Notes: generated by a model not told the origin, from the sequence alone. DNA of 64,000 nucleotides from Nitrospirales bacterium (GCA_965203295.1 CBDBCZ010000018.1:2368001-2432000), one strand, 5' to 3'. Shown: positions 1-13,570, counted from the first letter of the stretch. Numbers and translations are program-made.

Positions 1-1960
1 ACTTTGATATGATCATCATGATAATATGGAGGGATGTAGTTGAGAAATGTTAGTGTGGTTTGTACTTAATGCCTGTGAATGCCAGTGAGGCTGTACGTCA
101 AAGTAAACGGAGGGGCAGATAGGAGGGAAGTTTCGGTGACCTATTCATCTTGCATGTGCAATGTAGACAAGTTAAGATTGGCTAATACGGCGCGGTCTGA
201 CGTATCACTTTCTTCTATGATCTCATGTTTGGACCCAGGTTAGTTCATTATGTACATACAATAGGCACAGTGTCACATTGCAGATTGCTTCTGTTACTGT
301 TTTTTCACACGCTCTTGCTGGCCTTTGCATGAACACGATCAGCCTAGTATGATGTGTGGGCTGGGTAGCCCCTCCACTGTTTCTTAAAGTTTTTCAGTGC
401 TTGAAGAGCATCGCACTTGCACATCTACCCAGCTGTTCAGTTGTGGGGTGATTTGAGACTTGCAGACAAGGCAAGCTAAAAACGTGTCTAGTGACAGAAC
501 AGCTACAACCTCAACACCAGTTAGCGGCCACCAATTTATGCGAGCCACGGTCACAGATGCTGAAGGATGTGTATGCAGCTATTGTGAATGACTATGACAA
601 GTCGCTGAGGGCAGTTCAGAAGCTCCAGCATGATAAACGTTTAACACCACTGCAGAGAGGGACTACTCTGCACAGGAGACATGCCACTAACTTTCTCCTT
701 CAACTACCAATGTTCATGGCATCGCGGGACTCAGTCATCATCCTCTGCCCTTGCGCTGCTGCCCTGTGTTTTCGCCGGCGTACATGTAAGCGTTCGTTCG
801 ATCGTTGGCCTCCTTAGCCGCGTTCAGCCGACTCACCCAACAGTCTCCGCCTTCGCCATGCTCGCTCGTTCTGTAGCCTTCTGTCCTTCTCCACAGGGGT
901 TTCGGCCGCACTCCTTTCTCTGTAGCGCTGTCTGCGCCGTTCCAGTGTCCGCTGTCTACACAAGTCACTCATTCTCTCTCTCCAGAGTGCACGCTCATGT
1001 TGCAGAGGATTATAAGAGTAAAGCAGTTGAAACGCGTGACAACAGTATTAGAAATAGGCATGCTAACGTTTTTACGGAATAGTCCATGCGCACGGACGGG
1101 GGGGGGCTCGTTCGCGCTCGTTTCAAAAGGGAAATTACTACATGTAGTAATAAAAAAGAGTATATAGTATAAAAAAATAAATAAAAACTCGCCATAAAGG
1201 GAGTAATACAAAAAAAATAGTAATTCACGCTCGCCCCAAAAGGAGTAATGAAATAATAATACAATAATAATCAGCAATAGCAGGATAAACGTTGTACAAA
1301 ATCTGAAATATGACTTCTACAATGTCATGCAAGTATATGCAGCACAAATGTGGCATACTCACATGAAATAAAAAAAGAACAGTTCAACGCGTGACAACAG
1401 CTTCATCACATGTAAATAGTCACGAAGAGAAAGTCTCGTCCACTTGAATCTTGACTTCCTGCTTCTAAATCAATCTTTATGCTGTTGTCCAAGGTATCTG
1501 CATTTGAAATCACCACTGATGCACTCTCTGGTAGAGCTTGTAAATTTTTATTTGGGTGCTCGGATACTGTTGAGCTCCAGCCACTGCTTGTGATGTGTGT
1601 GAGCTCACTACCTGCACGGCAGTATAAACATTATACAATAGTCAACATGACATTGAAATCACCCTTGTAGATGCAGTTACAGAAACACTATAATAGAGCC
1701 AATAACGGCTCGGTACAAATCTGACTAGTACACTCTAAAACGTTTGCATAGCCTATTTGTAGAATCTGAATGCCAGAGCTCAGTATGTATAAAACAACTA
1801 ATGCAGTATTAGCAGAATCGATGATTATTGTTTTTGAAAGCACTGACAGGCTCATGCAGTAACACTGTGCTCTTCTTGTACAGCCTGGTATTTTTCTGAT
1901 GTAACTTTGCCTTCTGGCTTCCTACCCTGGGTGGTAAAACAATGTATGAAGCTGGTGATT
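1..1960 (-). repeat. Copy 1 of a ~2-kb duplicated block (copy 2 at ~45890-47840): RPA-like OB-fold remnant, basic repeat peptide and the last two exons of the FHAD1-like gene
   Basis: Long colinear matches by eye, e.g. gaggctgtacgtcaaagtaaacggaggggcagataggagggaagtttcggtgac (~87 and ~45987), ccacttgaatcttgacttcctgcttctaaatcaatc (~1440 and ~47319), ctggcttcctaccctggg (~1914 and ~47799). Confidence 0.93.
60..560 (-). pseudogene. Frameshifted RPA1 C-terminal-like OB-fold/C4 zinc-ribbon remnant (Helitron-type accessory gene)
   Basis: Minus strand across frameshifts reads LTGVEVVAVLSLDTFLACLVCKSQIT..EQLGRC.KCDALQALKNFKKQW, resembling the Y.AC..C...V......RC.KC motif of RPA70 DBD-C. Confidence 0.55.
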
Positions 1961-2273
1961 TTTTGTAGTTTCTCTCTGATACAGGAGATACAGCCTCTTA
2001 AACCTAAGAAAGTTGGGTCCAGAGCGCTCAGAGCCATACTTATTGACTTGCCATTCTGTTGATATAGATAATTGCTTCAAAAGCCTTCGTCAATCCCTCG
2101 TGAATATAGTGAGGAATCCTTAGAGAGCTGTAGTGGCCTAGTAAAGGCAGTGGCTTCAGCGATTTTTGGCGAGAAAAATTATTGTAAACAGCTGAAACTT
2201 CCATTACCGCTATCTAAACAAGGGAGGGGCTCACAGACAAGCTTTCTGTACTGAGTACACAACTAGTAGCCAT

Positions 2274-3800
2274 GAATAAATGCTGAAAAGATCGTGGCTA
2301 TAGGGCCTATAGTTGCAAAGATATTCATTATTCACTCATTAGACTATTAAATCAAAGCGGGCCAGTATCCCGTAACCTTAAGGATACCACACAGAGTGCT
2401 GTTTCACTGGAGGAAGAAATATCTGATATAGGTCAGGGGGTGGCACAGAGTTGTAGTATGTCGCCTATCTAATTTATTAACCAGTTGTTACATGAGGTTG
2501 AGAAGGCTGTTGATATTAAGAAGGATGTTCAGGTTGGGGGTCCAATGTTTGCCGATGATTTTGTAGGTTTAACTACTAATGCTGAGGACTTACAAACATT
2601 GAATAATGTAGTACAGGGGTTTTGTAATAAAATAATGGAGGTTGAAATCTAACATAAAGAAGAGTGCTGTTATGGTATTTTCTAAAGAGGTTGATACAGG
2701 CATATGTACATGGAAGTGGGGAGATAAAGATATTCCAGAGGTTGTAATTTACTGTTACTTGGGCATTGAATTTGCAAATATTGGTTCATGGATAGTCATG
2801 AACAGAAGGTAATAAATAGTGGAAAGAAAAAATCTACATAGGTTTTTGGTAATAGTAATATCAGTACAGTTGCAAGATGGATAATTAATGTTAGTTCCAG
2901 TACTTCACCCTCCTTTAGAATAGGGTAGTAAAGTGTGGGCTTGTAGTACATGGCAGACAGCTTCCTTGGAATTTATTCAGCTAGGAGCAGCTAAAAATAT
3001 ACTTGGCTGCTCTTCTAAAACGTGTAATGAAGCAGTATGGGGTTAGAATCTTTTGAAAGGCAGGAGGCATAGGTGCAGACTTAAGTGGTGCTATAAAGTC
3101 AGTAATTTGCATGATAAGAAATATCCTAGCTTACTAGACAGTGAGTGGTAAGAGAAATCGTGCAGAGCTAGGCAAAGGAAGACCTGGAAGAGAGTAGGTA
3201 GTAAATTGTTTCTGCAGTCAATGAATCAAGAGAGTCAGGATATATTCGCTGAAGAGTTCAAACTATTGACCGTATCTAAGCTCCCCCCTAAAAATCGTCT
3301 AATTCTCTCACAAAAATATTTCTAATGGTAGACACTCCCAGAGCACATGTACTACACTCCCACATTGCACCCCACATAACTTACACTGCCTCATCACCTA
3401 ACTCTTTATTCAGACCATAAGTACCTGAACCTAAATTTAAACATCAATCATGTTCCTGGATCCCCAACCCCTGCAAGTAATTCTATTTTTTTTTAAAAAA
3501 GACTCGTACAGCCTCAGCTTATCAGTATTTATATCTTAACACTTCATCTACCTCTCTAGGAACAAATTTACATTTGAGAGAACAGGCTTTGTTTTAGGGT
3601 GTGAGAACTGCGACAGGTATGATTTTAGGGGTGTATTAAGAGTAGTTATTGATCAGGGATACTAGGAAGAATAAATTATGTTGTGATCAAAATAATGAAA
3701 CATCTGTTTGTTCTTGCTCTTGTCCTCGGACTGCAGATCTTACAACTGTGTATGTGTGTGCGTGGTCAATGGCATACGCGCTACAACAGCGACACAAGTA
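2274..3800 (+). mobile_element. Degenerate non-LTR retrotransposon (LINE): RT domain to 3' end
   Basis: GQGVAQ.CS.SPI near 2430; MFADDFVGLTTNAEDLQTL at ~2545; continues to a ...CVVNGIRAT 3' end at ~3760-3795. Many stops and frameshifts; interrupted at ~3260-3560. Confidence 0.88.
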
Positions 3801-3839
3801 AATTACAACCTATCTGCATTATATCAGCTGCAGTTGACG

Positions 3840-4437
3840 TGCCATTCTTGTGATATGTACAAACCTGTGAAACAGTGTATCCCTTGCGGAAAGTACTGAA
3901 AGAAACAGAGCTACTCTTTCGAGTAGACCTAAAGGTAGAGCTGGCTTTACAGCTCGGGTACTGTGCCACACCTGAGAGAAGAAAGAGCAGGAATATTAAG
4001 CATGGACAAACCTGTCAGATCTGACAATAAAGGAGCAGGCATAAAAGGTACCCCTCTTGTTGTCTAGATGTTTTCACTCAAGAGTTCTACCATAATTTTG
4101 TTCATGGCTAGGAATGATGATGACTCCTTGTATTTACTATGTAAGGTACATGTAGGTGGTACCACATCATTGAACACATTAATTACAACTGCTTGCTAAA
4201 CCTTAGTCATCAATGTTTATAGGGGTGAGGATGTTACGAAACTAGATTGCACCATTGCATATCTTCAGTTTGAACACATACAAAACCCACCTTTTCACTT
4301 AGAACATGAAACAGGAAAATGCAAAATGTTGTAATTCGAAGTTCACGAGGAAGCCTTAGGAATTATAAAACCTTCTGTGACTTCTTGAAGGCAGAGGTTA
4401 AGTGAATCTATTGGCAAAGTAAAGATTAACAGCTACG
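3840..4437 (-). repeat. ~600-bp dispersed duplicate, inverted relative to ~62118-62765
   Basis: gccattcttgtgatatgtacaaacctgtgaaacagtgtatcccttgcgg (3841) closely matches the reverse complement of ~62716-62764; similarity continues to gtgaatctattggcaaagtaaa (~4402) versus ~62130-62152. Confidence 0.9.
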
Positions 4438-5222
4438 TAGCTTGGCCTAAGCTGAGTTGTGTGTATTGTATGGGAAAGGTGTCCAGCTGGTTTTTTAGGC
4501 ATGAAATGTCAGACTTGTTTTTCTAAATAATAGGAATAGGGTAGCCATACAGTACAGAGTAAAAATTTAACCATGGATAATATAGACACGTAAACGTGTC
4601 TATGATTTAACTCTCAAGTTTAGAGAAATAGTGACTCTAAAGTATTTTTGATCTCACTTAACATGTGAAGCTTATGTGTCGTGTGACATAGTTAATCGCA
4701 AGTGGCATGAAACTGCCACCACGAACTGTCTGACAACGACAATATGGCCATGCATTCACAGATTTGTAGCGACCCAGTTCATCAAAGCCTATGAGCAAGT
4801 TCAGTATACACGCTATCTACGTACATGCAGCACCAAATTTTGCAGGTCTATGAATTACGTAGTTCAATACCACAGATGTTTTGAGAGCACAATTAAAGAT
4901 TGTGCCATAATTTTAATTTACATGTGTAATACTATTTAGGTAAACATATCAATATTATACTCTTGTTCAATTAATATTGTGCGTGAATTTAACAGGGTGT
5001 GTCCAATCAGCCATTAATAGACTGGTCTCCCTGGAAGTTCTGCATGGAATTCAACAATACCCAATAAGATACTATGGCACTGATTCTGTGGCCCCTACTA
5101 ATAAGGAGTTCATAATTTTACGGTAATACCACACTCACCTCCATACTCTCCAAGTTCCTGTGTCCTTCCGCTTTTTTGATCTTTCAGTGATGGGGATGCA
5201 GCTAGCCTAGAGTTCTGAGATG

Positions 5223-5252
5223 TAGTCTCGCGGGCCAGACTTTGCGAGACTA
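5223..5252. mobile_element. Minimal TAG...CTA palindromic MITE
   Basis: tagtctcgcgggccagactttgcgagacta, flanked by a degenerate 9-bp TSD tctgagatg/cttgagatg. Confidence 0.6.
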
Positions 5253-5706
5253 CTTGAGATGGGGCAGTGTGCGCTACAGCCATGCATAGCTGCGGGGCCC
5301 CGAGATCTAGATCGGGGTCTAGAAATCAAGTGCCACGTGCGGATCCACGGTTCGGAAATTGCTAGCGAATCCATGCTGCTGCGAGAGTACAACACGAGCT
5401 AGCACGTGGTGTCGACCTCAACGCGAGATACCGGTATCACCATGATTTGCAGGCTTTGTTCTGACACCGTGCCCTGGGGGTGCTATAGTCGCACTGCATG
5501 CTGGCAGTTAAGAGGAAGCCTTGTCTTCGATGCGCTGAAAACGGAGCAAGGTATGAGCATGCTCTATAATTTATCTATTAGCACACTACGCAATAAGATA
5601 AGAATGCAAAATAGGTTACGCACAGCCATTGCCTATTCGCTGTACTTGTACAGGCATCTTGCAACATGCACTTGCAAGGCCTCTAGACCACACGTGTTCA
5701 GGTATT

Positions 5707-6116
5707 GGGTTATTCCATTTTATACCCGTACACCCCCTATGGATGACAAAATTTCACAAAGTGGTTTTGTCCAGGGTACCAACGAGACATTTGTCCGGGG
5801 GTTCTTTTTGAATATTGGGATGTGTCCAGGGGTCAAAATCGCCATGTCCAGGGGGTGCTATACAGAAAAAACGTGTGTCTAGGGGGTTCAGCAAATAGTA
5901 ACACCATTTCGTTCTTCTTGTCCAGGGGTTCGCTGTGAAATCCAAGTTGTCCAGGGGTAAGAAATTATTATGTCCAGGGGTAACATCAAAAACCATACGC
6001 GTCCAGAGGTCAAAATCTCAGTATCCGGGGGCAAAATTATAGAATATCTTGTCCAGGGGACAAAAGGCGAAAGTTGTCATCCATAGGTGGTGTACAGTTA
6101 TAAAATGGAATAGCCC
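5707..6116. mobile_element. Non-autonomous TIR element (PIF/Harbinger-like ends) with internal TGTCCAGGGG motif array
   Basis: ~41-bp imperfect TIRs gggttattccattttatacccgtacaccccctatggatgac / gtcatccataggtggtgtacagttataaaatggaatagccc; ATT on both flanks; ~11 copies of tgtccagggg inside. Confidence 0.8.
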
Positions 6117-6316
6117 ATTCAGCAAACAGCATAATGAATGTGATTAAGCTTATCATAATTGCTGTCGCGTATGCAATCATAGAGCTAGTATATAGTCAAA
6201 AGGTGTACATCCATATCTCATTTTTATGATGAGAGTAGAGTAGAAGAGCTAACCTTCCTTCTACTTTATTCTCCATAGAATGATCACTGCATCGATTCGC
6301 TCAGAGCGTCTGGCCA

Positions 6317-6347
<31 letters not shown>

Positions 6348-6845
6348 AGGGGGAGGCTGGCAACAAGGCTAGTACGGTAAGCTAACTGCTCATAATTATT
6401 ATAGCACAGAGTGTTAAAGATGTTTCTGGGAGCAAATTTTTAATAGTTTATAACCACTAAAGTAAGGTAGTCTCACTCAAGAAATTCGCTAGCTTATTGA
6501 AAGGAAAGTGCTTGGATTACAGTACCACAATGCCCTTTTTCACCAAATTTTTTGTGAGTTATGCCTTCATTCAGACCAGTGCAACATCATGTCTCGAGTA
6601 AGACACTCTGGCTTTACTTTTATTGTGAAATATGCTGTATGGTGGACTAGATTATTCCAGCAATTAAACTTAATCCCCGTTTCTTGTTTGTGTCCCAACT
6701 GAATGGAGGAAGTCATGTTTGCACTGCAGCATTGGGGGGCTCACTCCCCAAATGCAGAAATTCATGTTTTTCTATTGCAAGCGCCAAATTCTGGGGGAGG
6801 TCTGGGATTGAGTACGCACTGCTGTATATTTTATATGTGTGTGTG

Positions 6846-6928
6846 TAGCCCCGTTCCCAGTCTCCACACTCCAGCTTTTTTGCTCACTGGAAAAAGTTAG
6901 TGAGGAGTGGAGACTGGGAACATGGCTA
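6846..6928. mobile_element. TAG...CTA palindromic MITE
   Basis: tagccccgttcccagtctccac ... gtggagactgggaacatggcta inverted ends. Confidence 0.7.
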
Positions 6929-7539
6929 GATAGTGTGTGTGCTAAAAGTACATCCCACCATGAGACAATTTAAAACTTCCTTAATGCTGCAGTGTTACCA
7001 TGTTATGACTGATTAGATGCATGTTGTGATCGTCACATTAGATGCAAATCCAGACTTGATATTAATTAATGCATGCCTAGCTTGGCGCTGAGAGCGAAAA
7101 TAGCCTGTTTCCCAAGCCATATATTGTTTTTGACTGCCTGGCAACACGGCTAAAAGGGGGAGCCCAGTTGTACGTGGGTGGGCTCCAGGATCCAAATGAG
7201 TACTACTTAAACACGCATTACTAATCATGTGTAAGGTTTTAGTACTTATGACTGATTAGATGCATGTTGTTGCATGCTGTAGCAGCTTCCAAAGTGGGTG
7301 CGGTTTGTGATTCCTCTCTATAGCTCGATCTAGCTCTCCATGTGTCTCTGCGCGATGCCTCCCTGTGCATGCGTATGTCTAGAAGAGCCATTGGGTGAGG
7401 ACCTTTGTGCAGTATTACTATGTAGTCTTGTTAGACAAGCTCAGTCCGGTAACCAATAATGTGCATAGGGCCTGCATGAATATTCTCATGAATATTCTTA
7501 TTATGTAATACAATACTGTTGTAACTCATCATACCAGCA

Positions 7540-8925
7540 GGGTTGAAAGTTTAAGTGCTGGGAATATAGCTACAAGGGAACAAGTTTTATGTTTTCATCC
7601 GCATAAACATAACAGCACATGTTCTCTTTTGCCTCCATTATACAATGTTAGAACTGCCCTGAAAGCTAGGATAGTTAATGGTCAATTACTTATACTATGT
7701 TTCAGGGACTATTATGTTTAATTATTGTACACTTTCAGGGAAAGTCCATTAATAGCCAACACAAGGGTAAAAATGATAACAGGCAGTGTAAGTTATGTGG
7801 GGAAGAATGTGAGAGTGTAGTACATGTGCTCTGGCAGTGTCCTGTGTATGATACCATTTGAAATCTTTTGAGGGGGGGGGGAAGGAGCTCTGAAGAGTTT
7901 AGTATGCTCAATAATTTTAAGAAAACAGCCTCTGTTTTTAGGGTGTGAGATTTGGGACCTCTCATTTCGAAGAATACATTATGGTTGGACCAGGCAGCAT
8001 GACAGCTGAGAGCTGACAGCCAGCAAATTGTTGATAGTGCCCAACTTGTACCGCAAAACAAGTCAACTGTACACCACAAAAACTAGCTACTTGTACATAA
8101 AATAGGCTGGGATGGGCCAAACAAGGAGTAATGTGGGCACAACATATTTAGGACACATGGCCAGTGTGCGCAGGGGAAAAAACACCATCACTTAAAAAAC
8201 CTCAACATGTGAGGAAAAACAGTGAGGTGAAAAAACAAAGGAAACAAAACCTCCCAGCAACACACAGCAACACACACACAAAATGATTGCACAATTGTCC
8301 ACTCCATACGGTCTCTGGACATGCACTTGGCTTCTAGAACTGTCTCTGCACTGGTGTCAACTCCATACAGCCTCCGTAGGTGCGCTCAGCATACAGAAGT
8401 CTTGCCACCAGCTCAAGACGGCTGTCAAACTCCATACAGTCTCAGTAGATGGAGGTCAGGCTTTCACAGCCCGATGTACCTCAGCAGGAAAAAAAAACAC
8501 TCCACATGACTACTGTATTATATATACTCCCACCACAATCCTTCACTTCACTGCTGCTGCTGCCGAGAGATGCTCCAAGCAGCCCCAGCATAAGCTTATA
8601 TACCCACAGCCCAGCCTAGTAGCAACCAGTTGGAATTTTCCACCACACTGGCGGTGGCTTAGCTCTAGCTAACTGCGCATGCAACAATGAGAGCGCATTT
8701 TCCATTTAATTCACTGCGCTCAAACAACAGAAAATATACAGGTATAATTTTAAGGCTTATTTAAGACTAGTTAAGATGTATTATTAATCTGGAAGATATA
8801 GTGATCTGGATGTTGTAACAACTGATTGCTCTTCCTCTTGTCTTCTGACTGGAGATGTTACAAGCTCTGCCTGTGTATGTGGGTGTGTGGTCAATGGCAT
8901 AAGTGCAACGGCAGCGACATTAGAA
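7540..8925 (+). mobile_element. LINE 3' fragment (C-terminal zinc knuckle and 3' end) split by an ~800-bp insertion
   Basis: CKLCGEECESVVHVLWQCPVYDTI at ~7787-7860; resumes ~8740 and ends gtggtcaatggcataagtgcaacggcagcgacattag, matching the 3' end at ~3762. Confidence 0.8.
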
Positions 8926-9833
8926 TATTATACATACATGTAGTTATCCTACGTTTTAGGGTGTTCAAACATAGTGCACAACCCAGATAATTCATCTTGC
9001 AGTTATCAGCTGGGTAAAATTGCTGCAAGATAGATCTGGGCAAGAAGTTACATATGGTAGGAGGTTAGACAGCCCTTCAATGATGCAGCGTGCACATTTA
9101 TTCCAAGAAACGTACGTGCATGTACATGTAGCTAGCCTGTGTAGTAATGTACTGCATGACATACGTACAATAATGTGACTTTGCAACCCCCATTACATCA
9201 TAACAAAGGTTCATTGTACCTAGATAGCAAGAATGTTCCCACTTTTTATTACCAATTAGTACAAGGTTATAATAGTTTATTTTAGTAAGTGGCAATGTTA
9301 TCCATGCCTTCAGCTCAGTTAGCAGAAAATTAAATATGCACACAACTTGTAGCTAGTATTGCTATGCTTATATTGTTCAATGAACATGAAAATGAAAATA
9401 AAATGTAACATTATTATACAACTATTGAGGCGATCATCCCTGCTATCTCTACACACACCACCTCCTACAATAAAAATTTCAGGTATTTAGTGTTAACACC
9501 CCTCTAGTTTAATTATTTATATAGTAAGTATTTATTATATGCAGTTTTATTGCAGACATTGTGGTTGTCTACTTTTCCTGGAATAAGCAGGTGTTACACA
9601 ATCATGTGCATTCCTTTTGGTAGTACAAGTGAGCATGTACTATCATAAGGAGTGCTCATGTAACACCCACATTTTCCAAGAAAAGAGTTCATTAGCAATG
9701 CATGGGCTACCTTAAGGTGTGACACTATGTATTCCAGGAAAAATACTACCCACCTGTGCCAAGAAAAACACAATGTCTATTTGCATATCTTCACTGACTA
9801 AACCAACTCATCAAATAGAGGTAGTAATGTACG

Positions 9834-9897
9834 TAGCCTCGAACCCAGACTCTCATCCAGCTTTTCGTTGCTTGCAGAGAGCCTGGGACCGAGGCTA
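9834..9897. mobile_element. TAG...CTA palindromic MITE
   Basis: tagcctcgaacccagactctc ... gagagcctgggaccgaggcta. Confidence 0.75.
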
Positions 9898-9975
9898 GTA
9901 CTGCATGGTGCTAGTAGAGCACCGCCAGCTCATACTTAGACGTAAGCTTGCAAGTATGAAATTATCAGAGGGCAG

Positions 9976-10138
9976 AACAATTTTAATTAGCAACCAAGAA
10001 GCATGCACTAACTCCTATGCTACTTTTAGTTCAGGTTTGGGAAAGTCAAATTAGTAAAAAAGGATTGACTTTTCTAAACCTGAACTAAAAGTAGCAAAGG
10101 AGTTAGTGCATGCTTCTTGGTTGCTAATAAAAATTGTT
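9976..10138. repeat. Near-perfect 74-bp-arm inverted repeat with a 15-nt loop
   Basis: Arms 9976-10049 and 10065-10138 pair with 4 non-Watson-Crick positions (2 A.A, 2 G.T). Confidence 0.95.
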
Positions 10139-11056
10139 AGTAGAAAAGGTGTTTACCGGCTGTTTCAATCGCTTGGGGGAGTTGGATTTGGGTAGGTACG
10201 TAAGTTATAATGCGTGTTGAATTGTGAATGTGCGTGCTGCTGGGAAAAGACGTCTAGATATGCAGTTCTTCCTCCCAAACTATTGGCCGCATTCCTCTGC
10301 GGTTGATACACGGAGTACATGTACAGAAACCTTGATATACTTTAGTGGTATGGGAATGGTACTAAAGAGGAGTGTAGAAATGTGTTGGTAATCCTTTCAC
10401 ATTGCCAGCATTCTCGGCAGCTACTACCATATACATAGTGACTGCAAGATCATAAAGTGAGCCTACAACAGCATCTTTTATACTTCCATGAATGTCTGAG
10501 TATAGTGCTTTCACACATCTGACGTAGATACCAGACTAGCTCACTATATAGCTAACTGTTCTGATGACTGCACTGTACATAGTAACATTGTATAACCAAG
10601 ATGAAAGCATTTAGCAATCAGATGTCCTGGAAAGCTAATACTTAGTCAACATTGCTTGCATATTTTGTCACCCAGAAACAAGGTTCTGTGGCGTTATTGA
10701 ATTATGTAGAGTTTTATAACCGCTCGACAACATCTGTCATGATAAGAAATGATTTTGACTTATTTTAGGTCACTCTTAACAATGTTTACTATGCTTCTTG
10801 AAAGTGTCAACTAGAAAGACTCAACTACATATGCACTCTCCTGTGATGTAACATGTAACTTTAGCTGTAGCTGTATTCATGGCTGTGAGAGAGTGACACT
10901 AATTGCACAAGAATGATATCTGTTAAGATAATTATACTGATTAGAGGGGTGGGCACAATATATCTATTCGTATTTCAGAAGATTGCAGCAGCAGTCCTCA
11001 GTGCCCCTAAAGAAGCTTATCAATCTGTATTCTCTACTGCATTTCACTCCATGCAG

Positions 11057-11179
11057 ACATTGATAAATGTGTAAGAGGCGCTGATAACTGTGACATAAGT
11101 GCAATTTGCTCAGACACTGAAGGAAGCTTCAACTGTACATGTGTCACTGGATATGAAGGGGATGGAGTGAATTGCACAA
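11057..11179 (+). CDS. Calcium-binding EGF domain exon (123 nt, phase 1-1)
   Basis: cag|...|gtgagt; (D)IDKCVRGADNCDISAICSDTEGSFNCTCVTGYEGDGVNCT, the 6-Cys cbEGF pattern. Confidence 0.9.
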
Positions 11180-12499
11180 GTGAGTCATATTGTAAAAGGG
11201 GTAGGCATATTTTCAATCAGTTTGTTTGTTTAATGTATCCGTTCATGCTAGTTTGAAATATGTATTGTATGCTCCAAACAAAAAAGTAGATTCAGAAAAC
11301 AATTGAATTTTAAAATGATTGCAACCACTTTAAATTACTTTATTACCTAAAAAACAATGTCTCTCAAAATGTGTAGGGTATATGGAATACAGAGCAGATT
11401 ATGGAGTTTAACATAAGTGCTCAGGAATGAAAAGAGGGTAAGATATAAAAAAAATTACAACGCTTTATAACAAGGGCGGCCTCACCAAAATTAGCTATAA
11501 CTCTGAGCTTTGTGGAAGTGGCTTCCAAAGCATGTAGCTCTCTGTATGTGGGTCAGACACGCCTCTCACGTGCGCATGGCATCAAATCTGGGTCTGGGCA
11601 CGAGACTTAGGACGAAACACGTGCGTTGGATCTTATACTCATTTGATTTTGTTATATACTGCTGCCCCTGTGGTGTGATGTAAAAATGTTTATCTATCTA
11701 TCTATACCATTGAGCTGTTCTGTTAACTTCAGACTGTGGTTGTGATTATAATATCAAAACTGCAATGATTTTTGACAATTTATGTTTCACATTAAACACT
11801 ATAAGCCTACAACACAACAATAGAATAACTTACCATGAACCTCATTGGCTGCAGAGGACACACGCATTGATATAACATGCACACTCACGTGAATGAACTT
11901 GGTTAACTTCATGTAAACTAATGTACGTATTTTCAGGAAGTTTGAATACCTGACTCGTCATGTATAGGGCATTATATAATTAGCTGTCTCAACAGGACTA
12001 AATTCATTCAGTGAATTCCAAAATCTTGCAGTTAGCTAGCTGTGCCGAGGGTTCAGTACTTCAGTGCTATTCATTATAATTGCATTTCAGTGAGCTCAAT
12101 TTACTAGTTATTTCCCTTTATGAATATAGGAAAAATGAAACTGAGGGTAGAAACCCGTGACTAATTAATCTTATTGATTGCACATAGCAGCAGTTGTGCC
12201 ACGATACACGGTGCACTAGCTGTGCAAGAATTTGCCTATAGCCTGTGCTTTATTATATGTGGCTATGTGTATGCAAACCTGAGAATGAGGCTGATGACAA
12301 TCTACCCCCGGAATATCCACTATTGTTGAGTAAAGGGGTGGAGATTAGCCATGCCAGTGAGTATCTACAGAAATTTCGGTGAATGGTACATGTATTCCTG
12401 CTGAGCAAGCCTTTGCATCTCCCTCTGACAATGATGCTGTAACAGTTCATTGCAAGTCTTAATAATTATTCTTCAGTAGTGGTGAGCCATGATTGTTAA

Positions 12500-13085
12500 C
12501 CCTTTGGCTTCCGAGAGCGCCAAATGGCGCTCTTAAAATGCCTTGTCTTATCAGCCACGTAGTGCCGCGTAGTACGCAGCAACCGCAACGATTATATCCT
12601 GTTTACTTTGCGCATGTATTGACCTCTATACTGATATATATTTTATAAATATTCATAGCTTCCTGTACGGATATAACAACCACAAAAATGTCGCTCTCGT
12701 GCGCTAATGCGCTAGTCCGCGCTGCAACTTGTCTGGTCGGTGCTTCCTTCTGGTCTTCTCAGTTTCTGTAGGTTCTCTGGGTCTGTGACCCGTCTGTGCA
12801 TCTCCAGAGCCTATTCTATACTGTAGCTACTGCCTATCAGTCATCATACTTCGTGCTTTAGCTAACTACCGTGCTCAGCCTGAAAATTACAAGTTTACAG
12901 CGCTTTTACAAGTCACGTGACCTAACACGTGTTTCCATGGCAACGCATGTGCCTAGCGCCTCCGGGGATTTCCCTCAGGGCATTCTACAGTGCAGTAGGG
13001 CCTAGCAGGAGACAGTAATAATTCAGATTACTGGAGGTAAGCTCACAGACTAAAATAATATTCACAAATCTAGGAAGCCAAAGGG
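12500..13085. mobile_element. Non-autonomous piggyBac-like element
   Basis: TTAA|CCCTTTGGCTTCC ... GGAAGCCAAAGGG|TTAA: 13-bp TIRs, CCC/GGG termini, TTAA TSD. Confidence 0.9.
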
Positions 13086-13181
13086 TTAATCTACCTGCCT
13101 CTGGGGAGGAGCATGAATTCAAACTGATGTGTCAGCTGTAATATTATTCTTAGCATAATACTACTGTGACATGTACATCTT

Positions 13182-13219
<38 letters not shown>

Positions 13220-13570
13220 CCAGAGCACAGTACCGAGGCTGTGACTCATCAACTCCTTGTCAGGAGACATTTACACCTTCCCCTGACACTGTTATATTTA
13301 ACACTAATGTTGAGTATGTTGATGGTGGTAGTTTTGGACAACATCAAGAAGTCAGACGCTCACTGTTATATCGTGGAGAGGCCCGGATTTCAAGCGGACT
13401 GATGTATTCCTGCAGTAACCTAGACTCTTCTTCATGTACAGATTCTGAAGAAGGAACTGTCGTACAGGGTGAAACACAAAATACATATGATTTTTCAGTG
13501 CAACTACAACTTGATGACCCCATCGCAAACTCGGTTGGCACATTGAGCAAAACCTTTCATGTCACGATCA
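13220..13570 (+). CDS. Extracellular beta-sandwich (Ig-like) domain exon of a type-I membrane protein
   Basis: cag|...|gtaag, 351 nt, phase 1-1, open: RAQYRGCDSSTPCQETF...TVIFNTNVEY...YDFSVQLQL...LSKTFHVTI. Alternating hydrophobic strands; fold assignment is inference. Confidence 0.75.

Noticed and set aside
5760..6065. Mini-CRISPR appearance of tgtccagggg repeats
   Set aside because: The repeat is only 10 bp, spacing is irregular, and it lies within MITE TIRs.
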